Source of the DNA: Octopus vulgaris
Lineage: Eukaryota
Direction of reading: 5' to 3'
DNA length: 64,000 nt
Assembly (NCBI GenBank): GCA_951406725.2
Contig: OX597816.1
Location: 15,500,001-15,564,000, forward strand
In this document: positions 1 through 13,620 of the stretch, piece after piece
Position numbering within the stretch: position 1 is the first letter of the stretch
Layout of the letters: every line of letters starts with the position of its first letter
Translations under genes and position numbers: made by a program
Notes under the pieces: model-generated
Told to the model about the DNA's origin: nothing
Seen by the model: the letters and a program-made list of their open reading frames with translations, nothing else
Database searches by the model: none

Positions 1-667
1 ATGTTTCATTAAACTATTTAATCTTTTAGCATTCATTTTATTCTGCCAAATGTGATGCCTATTTATTCACATTGTTTTGAATCAATCAATCTCATAACTT
101 CGAAATTTCACTGAACTGATTATTTATTTTTAAGATGATACTGTAAGGTGGGTGTGAAAGGCTGGATCAGGCCAGTTTTAACATAAAACAAGAAGACCCT
201 TGTGTTAATCCTTTACCATATAAGTTGCCATGTTTCTGTTGAAATCGGCTGCCTTTGCTTCAGTTAGTTTTGAAAATAACGAAGAATTTGATAAAATAAC
301 TTAGTCATTGTAAAAAAGGTTTTGGGAACATAAATTAACAATGCAAAGTTTTTATTTAGATAATTTTAACCAGGAAGTTTGTATTATAGATACAGATGCA
401 ATCTCTGATGAGTTGATGTCAATAGGGTTAATGGTGACATTTAATCTTTTTGTTACCATGTTTCTAAATTTGTTTCAATTAACTATGAAAATAAGCAAGT
501 ATTTGGTAAAATATATTTGTCATCATTAAACTAGTGTTTGGAACTTTACTGTTAATAATGATACATGAATGATTACTCAGAAATGAGAATATGAAAAGTG
601 TGTTACTCACCCCACACTGAGTAACACCACTCGCCACCTCTGAGCCCGAGTCCTCTTTAATCTGTAA

Positions 668-882
668 CCCTTTCATTACCAACCCAGCTGAAACCGGCTC
701 TGAGTGCAAATGTCTTGTTTTCATAAGTTTTGAATTAAAATCTTCCACCAAACCTTAGTCACAGTTTATGCGCCTAACACTAGCTGAATGATAACTAAGT
801 TATTTTACTAAATTCCTGGTTATATTTAAAACTAACTGAAAGAAACACAGAGCATCTCAAAATAAATAGAGTAATGAAAGGG
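668..882. mobile_element. piggyBac-type MITE (~215 bp)
   Basis: TIRs CCCTTTCATTAC / GTAATGAAAGGG; flanks GTAA (left) and TTAA (right); an inverted near-identical copy lies at 29190-29410. Confidence 0.75.
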
Positions 883-1380
883 TTAAGTTAGTGCTTGGAA
901 CATAAACTAACGTGAAATTTTGGTGTAAGGTCTTTAATTTAATTTAGATCATTTTAAAACAAGATTGTATCACAGATCCAGGAGCAGTTTCAGATGGTTT
1001 AGTATCAAGGGGGTTAAGTTAGCCAAGCCCTAAATTATTGCTGACTAAAACCTATTTAACATTACATGAGGTTAACAAGAGCCTTGGGTCAAAAAACTAT
1101 CAAATATTAAAACCTTCAACTACAATCTATATTTCTCTAAGAAAATTAGAGTGTTTTAGTTTATTAGGAAAAATGATAAAAGAATTTCTTGGAAATAGTT
1201 GTTATATATATTTTCATTTTCTGTACCTTATTTGATTTTGTCTACTGTTACATTATTAAACTAGTTTATAAAACAGCCTGGAGTTATATTGTTTACCTTC
1301 AGAAATTTCAATGTTATTCTTGTTATAAGATATACATTGAGGTTTTTCTTTTTTTAATATTAACACTTTACTATACTCTC

Positions 1381-1838
1381 TCTTTACTCTTTTACTTGTT
1401 TCAGTCATTTGACTGCGGCCATGCTGAAGCACCGCCTTTAGTCAAGCAAATCGACCCCGGGACTTATTCTTTGTAAGCCCAGTACTTAATCTATCGGTCT
1501 CTTTTGCCGAACCGCTAAGTGACGGGGACGTAAACACACCAGCATCGGTTGTCAAGCAATACTAGGGGGACAAACACAGACACACAAACATATACACACA
1601 CACATATATATATACATATATACGACCCATGCTAGCATGGAAAACGGACACTAAACGATGATGATGATGATGATGATAGGCTTCTTTCAGTTTCCGTCTA
1701 CCAAATCCACTCACTAGGCATTGGTCGGCCCGGGGCTATAGCAGAAGACACTTGCCCAAGATGCCACGCAGTGGGACTGAACCCGGAACCATGTGGTTGG
1801 TTAGCAAGCTACTTACCACACAGCCACTCCTGTGCCTA
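1381..1838 (-). mobile_element. tRNA-derived SINE family A with internal (TA/TG)n; contains a short RTE 3'-end insertion at 1625-1677
   Basis: Minus strand shows A-box-like TGGCTGTGTGG, B-box-like GGTTCAGTCCC and a GTAAAAGA repeat tail; many homologous copies in the window. Confidence 0.85.
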
Positions 1839-2861
1839 TAGTTGGTTTTGATGAGTAAGTTGGTAACATTAAAGCTAGGTTGGTGTTGTGTAGGTTGGCA
1901 ATGAAAGGATTAAGTGTCTGTATTCCTTGTGACAAAGGTATTTGGTTACTTATTTGTCTCTTCAATATGACACACCAACTTTGTTTTCTATATAAACTGG
2001 ATTAATCTGGTCTTGTTATCCCTCCTTCCCAGCTGAGGTTAGCCTGAAAAGGCTCCAGGCACTTCCTCTCTTTAGAGTTAATCCTTTTATGCTTTTATTC
2101 TTTTAATCATTGTACTGTGGCCATGCTGGGGCACTGCTTTAATGGGATTATTTAATCAAATTGGCTTCAACACTTATTGTAAGTCTCCTTTATTGGTCAT
2201 TCTGTGCCTGACCCCTAGGTATCAGGAATGCATACAAACCACCACCAGTTGGCAAATGATGAGAGACAAACATAGACACACGCATACATACATACATACC
2301 TACCTACATACATACATACATACCTACCGACATACATACATACATACATACATACATTCATACATACAGAAGGCTTCCAGTAAATTCCTCACACCTTGAC
2401 AACCTGTCCAACCCATGCCAGCATGGAAAGTGAACATAAAAATAATAATGTTACTAATATGGCGGTGCCCCAGCATGGCCACAGCTCGTGAGCTGAAACT
2501 AGATAAAAAAAAAATAATAAATAAAATAAAATATATGTATATATGTATGTATATATATATATATATAAAAACAAGATGGCATGGACAGGCTTTAATCACA
2601 AATCACAAAAATTGTTTCGGTTCATTGGTAACAACTGATAGTTGCTGAGGTTTCCATATCACACTTTTAAAGCTTGTTTATTCCATATTCTTGTTTGATA
2701 AATTTTTATAAAAATTCCACATATACTAACAGATTTCCATATTTATGCCTGGTAACAGGAGTAATCCTTCTCTATGATGGCATATGGTCGCCAATAGCTG
2801 TATAGGAGTTTTGAAATGCACACTATAAAGTTATTTACCCAGATGATATATATATATATAT

Positions 2862-3072
2862 TCAATTTGTGACCGCGTGTGTATCGTTGGTGATTTTCTT
2901 CCTCTGTCTTCCCTTCCTTGGACCTTTCCTTTTTCTATGTTTCTGATGAAGAGCTCTGCTTGAAATGTTAAATCCTCCTTCTTTCTTTCCTTTTCTGAGC
3001 TTCCGATAACACTATACTTGTTCCACGTCCTCGTGTTGTTGTGTTTTCTCTTCGTTCATGTTTGGATTAACT
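2862..3072 (+). mobile_element. Small (TA)n-flanked element with minimal hammerhead-like motif (2940-2972)
   Basis: ttt-CTGATGA-A-GAGC-tct-GCTT-GAAAT-GTT-aaa; (TA)n on both sides. Confidence 0.6.
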
Positions 3073-3390
3073 ATATATATATATAACGGGAAGCTTTATG
3101 AAAATAGACAAAAGACGAAGGCAGGTGGAAAACAAACGAACAATTGTATTAGTATGGCGCTCAGGAAATATAAATAAAACAAGTCTTTAACGTTTCGAGC
3201 CTACGCTCTTCAACAGAAAGATACACAGAGAGAAAAAAAACACAGAAAGAAGGAGAGAAAAAAAATGCGTGCAGTAACTAACGAATCAACATGGCGATCT
3301 GATTTCGGCTAGAGGTCAAAGATCAAACATGAGACGCGAGAGCGAAATAAGGGGAGATAATAGGGTTGATAATAGGGTTGAAGGACCAGC

Positions 3391-3722
3391 TATTAGTGCG
3401 TAGGAGGGGTCTGGACGTGTGTATGTATAGGGTTGGTGTATGTATTAGTATGTATTAGTATGTATAAGGGTGTGTGTGTGTGTGTGTGTGTGTATGAGAG
3501 AGTATTAGTATGCGTAGGATTGGTCTGGACGTGCGTATGTATGGGGTTGGTGTATGTATTAGTATGTATTAGTACGTATTAGTATGTATAAGTGTGTGTG
3601 TGTGTATGAGAGAGTATAAGTGCGTATGAAGGGTCTGGACGTGTGTATGTATAGGGTTGGTGTATGTATTAGTATGTATTAGTACGTATTAGTATGTATT
3701 AGTTGGTGTATGTATTAGTATG
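3391..3722. repeat. Three ~110-bp tandem units containing (TATTAGTATG)n and (TG)n
   Basis: GGTCTGGACGTG...GGGTTGGTGTATGTATTAGTATG recurs near 3408, 3521 and 3632. Confidence 0.85.
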
Positions 3723-3765
3723 GCACATCATATATGATGTGATGTGTAAAGTCGTGTGGTGTAGT

Positions 3766-4030
3766 GAGGAGAAGAGGGGGAAGAAGAGGGGGAGGAGAGG
3801 AGGGGGAGAAGGAAGGGGAGGAGGGGAAAGGAGGAAAGAGGGAGAGGGGGAGAGAGACGGGGAGTGAGGGAGGAGGGAGAGAGTGAAGGGGAAGAGGGAA
3901 GGAGGGAGGGAGAAAGAGGGAAGAAGGGAAGGGGAGTAGGGGTGAAAGGATGAAGGACTGAAGAAGTAGGGGTCGGGGGGAAAGGATAGGTGAGGAGGGG
4001 GAGAGGGGGTTAGATGAGGAGGGGGGAGAG
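3766..4030. repeat. G/A polypurine low-complexity tract
   Basis: About 260 bp of almost pure G/A with many G3-G6 runs. Confidence 0.9.
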
Positions 4031-4067
4031 TTGAGACCAAATGGCGTATAAGAGCGAAGAGAGAAGA

Positions 4068-4108
<41 letters not shown>

Positions 4109-5721
4109 CACACACATATACAGAGAGAGAAATTTTTGAATTTAGAATTAAATAAGAACTTCATTAAACAAAATATAGGCAATAAAGCTGAGGTGATCAT
4201 TTATTTTATCTGCACTGTCCTTGTTTGGTACAGGAATTGATCTAAAACTGTATTGAAGCTAAAACCATTACATCATGAACTGAGTCAGTTTAACAAAATA
4301 AGATCAGACTAAAACTGTTTCAGTCACTTTCCATTTATTTGTTAAAGTATCAATATTTTCGTCACGTTTTTTTTTTTTTTTTTTTTCAACTTGATTATTA
4401 TCACAGTTCTACAACAATTCCACTCAGAAACCCATTAAAGGTTCTAAATATTAAATGTGCTTGTAATCCTGATTATCTCTAGCACTTTTTATATATGCTC
4501 TGGATAATCCACACTTTCATTGATGACAGTACTGGTGAACCTTTTTTTTAAAACTTGACATGTTGAATTCTAAATTAAAAAAAAAACAATCCTATCACTG
4601 ATGCATCCCTCTCTTTCTCTGTCTATCTATCTGTCTGTTTGTCTGTCTGTCTCATGTTCATTAGTTTGCTCATTCACACAATATTTGCTTTCCTGTGCTG
4701 GGATAGGAATTATTTGAGGAAGGATTTTATGGCTGGATGCTCTTCCTGTCATCAACACTTACTTTTTTTCTTCAATTAAATTATTTTTTTATCCCAGAGG
4801 TTTTCAAAAGTGCAATGCAACTAGTCAGCATTTTGCTCAAATGATGACAAGTAAAGAATATCAACAGTCATTGTACAACAAAATGAGGTTTCTACTGTTT
4901 CCTCCTATCAAATTTACTCTCAAAGCATTTGTTGGCTTCATCCCGGGGCTATAGTATAAGGTACAGTGGGACTGAACCTGAAACAACATTGGCTTCTTTC
5001 AGTTTCTGTCTACCTGAAACCATATGATAAAGACAGCAAACTTTTTAATCACACAGCCATGCTTGTGCCTATCAAAAGGAAAAAAAAAGATAGAAATGTG
5101 GTGCAGCGATGTTATAATCTATCTCAATGCATTGTAGCACAATGCATCTGTCAAAGTGCATCTGTCAAGAGACCATATGACAATGAAATGTGAACAAAGA
5201 AAAAAATGCTTGGCTTGCATAGACTGGAAGAAGAATGAGATTTATGTGGTCTGCTAGGCATAGGAAATTTTTTTTATCAAGTATGTTACTAACATGAACC
5301 TGTCATGGAGATAGAACCAGAGTGGTTCTGTGATTTACAGAGGATGACTACTCACCCTCTTGATCATGTGTCTGTAATTTAGTATTACAGCAATCACAAT
5401 GTATTCTTGAGCGGTAAATAAATTCTATTCTTACAGAACTGGTAGAATCAGTGGAGTGAAGGACTAAACACCTTGCAGTATTTCATTTTGTTCTTTTACT
5501 TTCTGAGCAAGTTCAAATTACTTCATCGCCCCCAAAACCTGATGGTCCTACTTGAAATTGCTATATGGAAAGATATAGGTTTAGCGAGGCAAACAGGTAA
5601 AGTAGAACTCAAAACATGAATATATATACTTGGTAAGTGTCAACGTATGAAACTCTTGGACCTTGAGTTACTCTGTTGCTTCTGCTAAATATTAATAAAA
5701 ACTATATATATATATATATAT

Positions 5722-6159
5722 AGTGGAGCACTAAGAGCACCATCCGAGTGTGATCATTGCCAGAGCAGCTAACTGGCTTACATGCTAGTGGCATGTAAAA
5801 GGTACCATTCGAGAGTGATCGTTACCAGCATTGCCTTACTGACACTTGTGCTGGTGGCACGTGAAAAAACATTCAAGCGAGGTCGTTGCCAGTGCTGCTG
5901 GACTGGCTCCTGGGCAGGTGGCATGTAAAAAACGCCATTTCAGCATGGCCATTGCCAGTACCACCTGACTGGCCCTCGTGCCGGTGGCACGTAAAAGCAC
6001 CCACTACACTCTCAGAGTGGTTGGTGTTAGGAAGGGCATCCAGCAATAGAAATTCTGCCAAATCAGATTAGAGCCTGGTGCAGCCATCTGGTTCACCAGT
6101 CCTCAGTCAAATTGTCCAACCCATTCTAGCATGGAAAGTGGACGTTAAACGATGATGAT
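5722..6159 (+). mobile_element. RTE LINE 3'-UTR fragment inserted in (TA)n
   Basis: Matches the 3' end of the 45713-48004 element; ends GGACGTTAAACGATGATGAT; (TA)n on both sides. Confidence 0.85.
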
Positions 6160-7262
6160 ATATATATATGTGTGTGTGTGTATAAAATAGTAGTCACTTG
6201 TTTAAAAAAGCAAAACTAAAAAAAATCTTACATATTCTAAAACTGATTCAAGTTGTGTTCGGATAGTAAAATGGTTGTAAAAAACAAAAAAGAAACAGAA
6301 TGAAATAACAAGCTGTTATTTGTTTGTACAAATAACAGTTAACTTGTTATTTGTACAAACCTTGTGAAAGCGAGAAATGTTTGTAGAGTAGAGTTGAACA
6401 TATGTAAATTGAACATAGTAAATTGAGAAACTTCAATTATCTAAGATTATTCAAGCAATTAATAGACAATCTCCCCCACCTCTCTCTCTTTCTCTCCTTC
6501 TCTCTCTCTCTCCTTCTCTCTCTCTCTCAGGACCACGGTGTATTTAGATATATCCATCTCTTTTTAAGATGGCAGGGTATGGTTTATGATTTGAGGGAGA
6601 TATAACTGATACTTTTAGCAAGATAATTGACTGCATAAAGGTTCTATCATTGATTCACTTGTTTATATATTTTGAAAACATGTATGAATGTAAATAATGA
6701 TTTTCTGTTTTTAACCACTCAGAATAGGTGGGTGGAGCCATGCCCCACAATTCTTAAATTTCTCAGAATCTCTAAACCAGAGACTTGACCCAAATGCTAG
6801 GAACCCAGCAAATTCTGTTTAAGAGACCTAAGAACTAGGTGGTGGTAGTTTGACTCTTGATTCTCAGCCAGGATTCATATGTATTTTGGGGGTCCTTATA
6901 AGATTTTATTGTTAAAATTTATGCGCAATAAACTGGTTATTCTTCTACAATACACAAAATATTTTAACAAGTTTTTGCACGTTCCTGATAATATTTAAAA
7001 CATCAAGTGTCTACAAGGGTTTACTCGAGTAAAATAGAAATCAGGGCCTCCAGAGATAAAAAAAAAATGGTTGAGGGCCACTGGTTTAACCCTATAGCAT
7101 TTGAAACTGATCATGACTGGCCCAAATGTTCTACTCATTTTGTGTTCAAACCAGCCAGATTTGACCTCTGACACCTAACCTACAATGTCATTCTAAAAAT
7201 AAATAATCACATTGAAATCTCAAAGCTACAAGATAATGCATGATTAAGTCAAAATGATGATG

Positions 7263-7712
7263 ATCATCATCATCATTGTTTAACGTCTGCTTTCCATGCT
7301 AGCATAGGTTGGATGATTTGACTGAGGACTGGCGAACCAGATGGCTGCACCAGGCTCCAATCTTGATCTGGCAGAGTTTCTACAGCTGGATGCCCTTCCT
7401 AATGCCAACCACTCCGAGAGTGTAGTGGGTGCTTTTATGTGCCACTGGCATGAGGGCCAGTCAGGCGGTACTGGCAATGGCCATGCCCAAATGGTGTTTT
7501 TTTATGTACCACCTGCACACCGGCACAAGTGCCAGTAAGGTGATGCTGGTTACGATCGCGCTCGAATGGCGCTTTTTAGTTTTCTAAATAGTAAATAAAA
7601 TCTTACAACTGTTTGTGACATCTGTTCTGATTTGTCTAGATAGGAGAACAAAGAGAAAACTAATGACATGGATGCCAGTTAGCCGCTCTGGCAATGATCA
7701 CGCTTGGATGGT
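7263..7712 (-). mobile_element. RTE LINE 3'-UTR fragment nested in an older TTAA/CCC-type MITE (~7086-7765)
   Basis: (ATC)n then GTTTAACGTC...CCATGCTAGCAT; the host MITE sequence resumes at ~7713. Confidence 0.8.
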
Positions 7713-7768
7713 TGTAAACAAATAAACATTGCATTTGATAGAGGTATCTGAATGCTAAAGAGTTTGGG

Positions 7769-8112
7769 CAGTGGTTTTCAATTGAGGTCCATAAGACTCC
7801 AGTGGGCCCAAATAAGATTTTTGGGCCCCACACAAGCAAAATAGTAAATTTGGAATCAACCGTAGTATATTTAGGGTCCCTGACAAAATGTTACTTTAGA
7901 TGCATTTGTTGCAAGAATCCGCTAGATTTCTTTCTTGAACATTTTACATAGTTCAAGTTATACAGGTTAATGTGTGGTTAACAAAATTGGAATTTTGAAA
8001 GATGTATCTAGAAACTTAGTCTTTAAACATTGAATGGCTATGAGTCGGTGGGGTCCACCAGAATAGAATAGCAATGAAAGGGATCCATTAGAAAAATGGT
8101 TGAAAGTCACTG
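7769..8112. mobile_element. hAT-type MITE
   Basis: TIRs CAGTGGTTTTCAA / TTGAAAGTCACTG; 8-bp TSD AGTTTGGG / AGTTAGGG (7/8 match). Confidence 0.75.
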
Positions 8113-9866
8113 AGTTAGGGCTATCACCCAAGAACACAGAATGCAAAGAATTAGAACAAATATTTAATTTTATCTTGTTTAATTCTGTAACAGTTCTGCC
8201 AATCCACAACCCTGAAATAGTAATTTATTTTATCAATCATAATTGCATGAAAGGCAAGGTTGACTTCTGTGGGATTTGAACTCATAGCACAGAGAGCCAG
8301 AATAAATACTACAAGGTATCTTGTCCTACACTTGAGTGGCTCTTGTTAATTCACTGCCTTGTTATATACAAAAACAACAAAAAACCAAAAGTGAATTTGT
8401 AGTCTTTAGACACTCCTAGATTTGTCCTCAGAAAATTTAATTTAATTTGTGTAATTAATTAGATTTCTATATAGAGTTTAAAAACAACAACAACAAGATC
8501 AATAACAGCAGCAACAACAGTCTTATAATTAATTGATATCAAACTATTATAGAAACTTAGTAAAGTTTAGAATAAAAGTGTTGCATGCAGTATATGTATT
8601 TGTGTGTGTGTGTGAAAAAAGAGAAAAAGAGAAGGTAAGATTAGAGAGAGGGGTAAACGAAATAATGTTAAAAATGTTTTTGCATTTTTGTGCTTATTTT
8701 GGCCTCTTGGCTATGACCATGCTACAGGAATGCTGTTGTTATTGTGGTAATAATAGTAAATAAGATCTTACAACTGTTTGTGACATCTGTTCTGATTTGT
8801 CTAGATAGGAGAACAAAGAGAAAACTAATGAGAAAATCACACCAATGTAAATGTTGCCAACATTCATAACACAGTGTGAGTTGTGACTATTTCCTTCTTA
8901 ACAAGAGCAGTAGATCATTTAATGATCATGAAAGAATTCCTGCTGGTTTTGGCCATCTTTTTGATAACAGTCTGTCCTACTCATTAAACAGTTTACTGCG
9001 CATTCTCACACCCCCATCCAGCCATTAACCATCCAATCTCTAAATGTTATCTAGAATAGCCCTACCCCCCACCCTCATACCACTGGTGGTGGGACATTTG
9101 TTTTCTGTACATTTATTTATTTCCTTTAGTCTTTATTTATTTGTTTTGGACAAATTGTTGTTTTGAGAAAGTTGATAAGTCATGGACTTAACTCATTTGT
9201 TACCATATTTTAATCTAAATACTCTAACTTTGTTTCAATTAACTTTTTTTAAAAAAGAATTGTGTAAAATATCTTTGTTATGAAACTGGTATTTATTTAG
9301 AACATGAATGAACTTGAAATTTTTATGAAAGTCTTTAATTTAGATCACTTTAAATCAGGTAGCTTATATCATAGAGACAACAGGGACAGTTTTGGGTGGG
9401 CTGGCATCTGAAGGGTTAAATAAAGTTTGAAATAGTCATTACAAAGTGGAACACTGAGCAACACCTACATTCAATATCCTCCTCCTCCTCATCATCATCA
9501 TCATCAGTAACAGCATTATATATGTGTTTTTCTAAGCTGACATTGGTTGGTCTGATTGTAGTGTCTTACCACACTCTGTGGTCCTTCACATCCCCCACTG
9601 TTGTCCATGTCCTGACCCTTACCCTATTGGGGTCCTTTGTTATCATCTCATATTGCAGTTCTTTATCTTGCCATGTGTTGTGGCCCTTTGTATCCACTCC
9701 CTCACCTGTTGTAATCCTTAGTGTTATTACCAATTGTGGTCCTTCACCTCACCAACTATCCATAGGTTTTCATCTTGGCCTACCCCTTTTCCTTCTCCAC
9801 CAGCTTAGTCTTTCATATCACCTACATGCCACAGCAACATATACAAACCAGGCACTGTGGTGGTGG

Positions 9867-10200
9867 TCATCATCATCATTTAATGTCCACTTTCCATGCT
9901 AGCATGGGTTGGACGAATGACTGAGGGCTGGCAAACCAGATGGCTGCACCAGGCTTCAATCTTGATCTGGTAGAATTTCTACTGCTGGATGCCCTTCCTA
10001 AAGCCAACCCCTCCGAGAGTGTAGTGAGTGCTTTTACATGCCACCAGCATGGGGCCAGTCAGGCGGTACTGGCAACGACCTCGCTCGAATCTTTTACACA
10101 TGTCACTGGCACAGGTGCCAGTAAGGCGATGCTGGTAACGATCACTCTCGAATGGTGTCTTTTAAGTGCCACTGGCACTGAAGCTGGTTAGCCGCTCTGT
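9867..10200 (-). mobile_element. RTE LINE 3'-UTR fragment
   Basis: (ATC)n, CCATGCTAGCATGG palindrome and GGATGCCCTTCCTAA block shared with 47830-48004. Confidence 0.8.
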
Positions 10201-11464
10201 CAATGTGGTGTTTATGTTATTATTATTGGTATGGGTTTTACAGCTGGAAGCCCTTGTATTGGTGCCCAGCATTTTAGACTGGTTTCTATTGTTTTAGCTT
10301 AGAGGTCACATATCTCTATAATGTAAAGCAGGGTTTAGAACCAAGACATTCATGGCAGCAAGTCTACTGTTATAAAATATGCCTCTGTTCTGTTGGTAAG
10401 TAAATATAGGGGGTTTGATAGAGACAGTTCTAAAGTGATAATGTCTTGATGGATCTACATGCTGATGGTTGTAGGTGGAGAGGTGTTTAACCATCAAAGT
10501 GGTTTAACTAGATGCATTAAAAGTTTGGTTTAGGAGGTGGCTTACGCCACTCAACAAAATAACTGCTTATTTGCTGATCTACAAATAACCAATTAATTAA
10601 ACTCTATAATCTATATCTTCCCAAGGCTATAGATATTGATTGATTGGTTATTGGTAGTTTTCCTGCTATTGGGAAAATATTACTCCAGGCAGTCAAAGGT
10701 GACGTGCTGGCAGAATCGTTAGCATGTCAGACAAAAAGCTTAGCTGCATTTCTTCCAACTTTTTACATTCTGAGTTCAAATCCTGCTGAGGTCAACGTTG
10801 CCTTTCCTTTTTGTAGGGGTTTGATAAAATAAAGTATGTCAAGTACTGCAGTTGATGTAATCAACCAGCCCCTCTCCTCAAATTGCTAGGCTTTTACCAA
10901 AATTAGAATTATTTCAGGCAGTCATTTAAGAATTTTTTTAAATGCTGTCTCCCAATATCAAAACATTAGAAGAACTGGCTTGTTTGGTGCTATTAATAGA
11001 ACAGTTGGATGCAAACTTATCTTAACCCAGAAAAACAACAGATGTAAACATAGACGCCTTACTTAGCTTACAGAGTGTAATTAAATCAACCCTTTTGATA
11101 CCAACCCATATGAGACCACCCCTGGTCCTATGACACAAATTTTCTGTGTTAATGTGTTTTAAATTAAATCCTTCTGTCAAAATTCCATGTTAATTTTGTT
11201 CCAAAGCCCAGCTTAATAATGACAGTTATTTTGATATATCTTTATTATTTTTTAAATTAATTAAAACACAAGCAGTGTTTTTCAACAGAAATACAGTAGT
11301 AAAAGTGCAACCAACGTAAAACAACAGTGTTTTAGGTGAGAGTACTGGTTGTAGAGATACAAGGCAGTTCTAAGTCATTTATAGTTTTGTAGGAGGAAAT
11401 ATGCTGAAACTTGTAGCAGTACTCAACCTTGCTTACTTTTTTTAATACCTAATCATGTAAATTG

Positions 11465-11800
11465 AAGGTGCATGGCTTAGTGGTTAGAATGTTGGGCTTC
11501 CAATCATGAGGTTGTGAGTTCAATTCCCAGACGGGGTTGTGTGTTATGTTTTTGAGCAATATACTTTATTTCATGTTGCTCCTGTTCACTCAGCTGTAGA
11601 AATTAGTTGCAATGTCGCTGGTGCCAAGCTATTTCAGCCTTTGTCTTTCCTTTGGATAATCTCAGTGGTATGGAGAGGAAAGACTGGTATGCATGGGTGA
11701 CTGTTGGTCTCCCACAAAAAACCTTTCCCAGACTTGTGCCTGGAAGAAGAACTTTCTAGGTGCACCCACATGATCATTCGTGACTGAAGGGGGTCTTTAA
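11465..11800 (+). mobile_element. tRNA-derived SINE family C variant
   Basis: TGGCTTAGTGG (A box) and GTTCAATTCCC (B box); tail GACTGAAGGGGGTCTTTA shared with 30517-30913. Confidence 0.65.
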
Positions 11801-11964
11801 TCATGTGAATTTACAGTTTCAAATAAATTGTTTTAAGGTCATGTTGATAATTTTTAGTAGGTCATGGAATGGTGGTGTACTCAGAACTATTGCATCCAAG
11901 CAATTTTGAAACTGGTTCTAGTCAAACTTTATAAAAATGACCAAAATTAGAAAGAAAAACAAAG

Positions 11965-12020
<56 letters not shown>

Positions 12021-12309
12021 TGGCTAAAAGTAACATACCCTGTGAAGTTTTCTTTGTAAAGATGTCTCTCTTTCTAAAATTTCAGCTACTTTGGGGCAAA
12101 ACTGGGGTGCATGACTTGGAATGGACATTTGTAGCTCTGGTACCCAACCTTTCCTGGGTTTATAAAAAGTATTTAAAAAATGTGTTGTCTTTGACCCTTA
12201 ACATGCAACGATGTCTTCCAGTGTAAACTTTCAGTTACCTGGCTGGAAGATTGTAGCCTTGAGCATAGAACATATATACACACATGCATATATATGCACA
12301 TACAAATGT

Positions 12310-12352
<43 letters not shown>

Positions 12353-13620
12353 CACACTTACATTTATACAAATAATAATAGGTGTACTTGGTTTAGTGAG
12401 TAAATGCCTAAGTGACAGCCTGGAAAAGTTTGGGTTTTCATTAAAAACATCGGCCAGTTACTGTGCATATAATAAATACAATCTATAAGTGGAACAGTTA
12501 AAATATGCAAGACTTTCCTCAACATCAAAATCTGACATTGCTTTTATTATCTAAATTTCAATTATAGTGATTTGTATCTTTATTAGAAACCAGCTCCTTT
12601 CTTACAGGAATGATTCAAATAATTAAAACTCTCTCTCTCTTTCATATATCAAGATGTGTCCCAAAGATAAAATATCGATGCTTTCATATTACTGAAAATA
12701 TCTTCACAATGGGGGGAATATCTTTATAAAATTAAAGGACTATAATGAGTTTTTGAAGAACTTATTAGATCTCTCAGTGCTTCTGTGAAACATGGATATT
12801 TATAAATCTTAAGATTGCGTTAGATATAGATATTTTTAAAATCTTAGCAAGGGACTGATAAGAAACGTGCAAAGAGAAGCCATGATGAGTCAGATTAAGT
12901 TGACATATTCCTGTAAATAACCTGCGGAAATTTCCTAAAGGATTTTGAAGACTATTTCATAATCTTGGGATAAAATCAGAAAACTGTTCTGTCAGGAATT
13001 ATTTAATAATGTTCTGTTGGATATGCAAATTTCACTTTTAAAATTTTGATTAAAGGTTGGGGCTTTTTTTTTTTTTTGTTTCTATTTTTAATTTTCTTTG
13101 ATTTGAAATGTTCTCTTTCAATAAAACTGAAATATTTTCATAAAACTGAACTTCGTAATGAGGGGGGAAAGCTGAAAAGAAAATTCAAACCCAAATTTTA
13201 ATTCAATTAAGAAAAAAAAAACGATTTTTTTATTATTAATTTTGAGTTTTATTTTTATTTATTTATTTAAAAGAAAAAATTAAATTGGAATTTTAGTTTA
13301 AATGAAAACCCAAGCTGGATTTATATTGGGTTTGAAGAGCAAAATAGAAAATAAAAAGAACCCCCATCATGACAAACATTTGAATTAATATTCCTGTGTT
13401 ATGGAAAAGGATTGCATGCAAGAGTTAAGCGAGGGTATGAGGATCAAAGATACAGTAATGTCAAATGTAATTGACGAGAAGATCTGAAATAGTTTTGGTC
13501 ACATATTGATGTCTGCTGTATGCTGTGTGCAAAATTGCCATGAGTTGATAAAAGATACACAGAGCATGACAAACTGGAAAGGGAGTAGAAACAGTGACAT
13601 AGATATTCATAATCATATAT

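Larger units (their letters stand above)
3086..4072 (-). mobile_element. Hammerhead-bearing element family HH-2 (motif at 3184-3221) with upstream tandem and polypurine region
   Basis: Minus strand tcttt-CTGTTGA-A-GAGC-gtag-GCTC-GAAAC-GTT-aaaga; homologous to 22517-22653, 24615-24690 and 34796-34981; bounded by (TA)n. Confidence 0.65.

Noticed and set aside
3699-4040. Pro/Ser/Leu-rich ORF
   Set aside because: Antisense of the polypurine low-complexity tract.
8805-8881. AG...GTGAGT-bounded candidate exon
   Set aside because: Stops in all three frames; at most a non-coding exon, unsupported.
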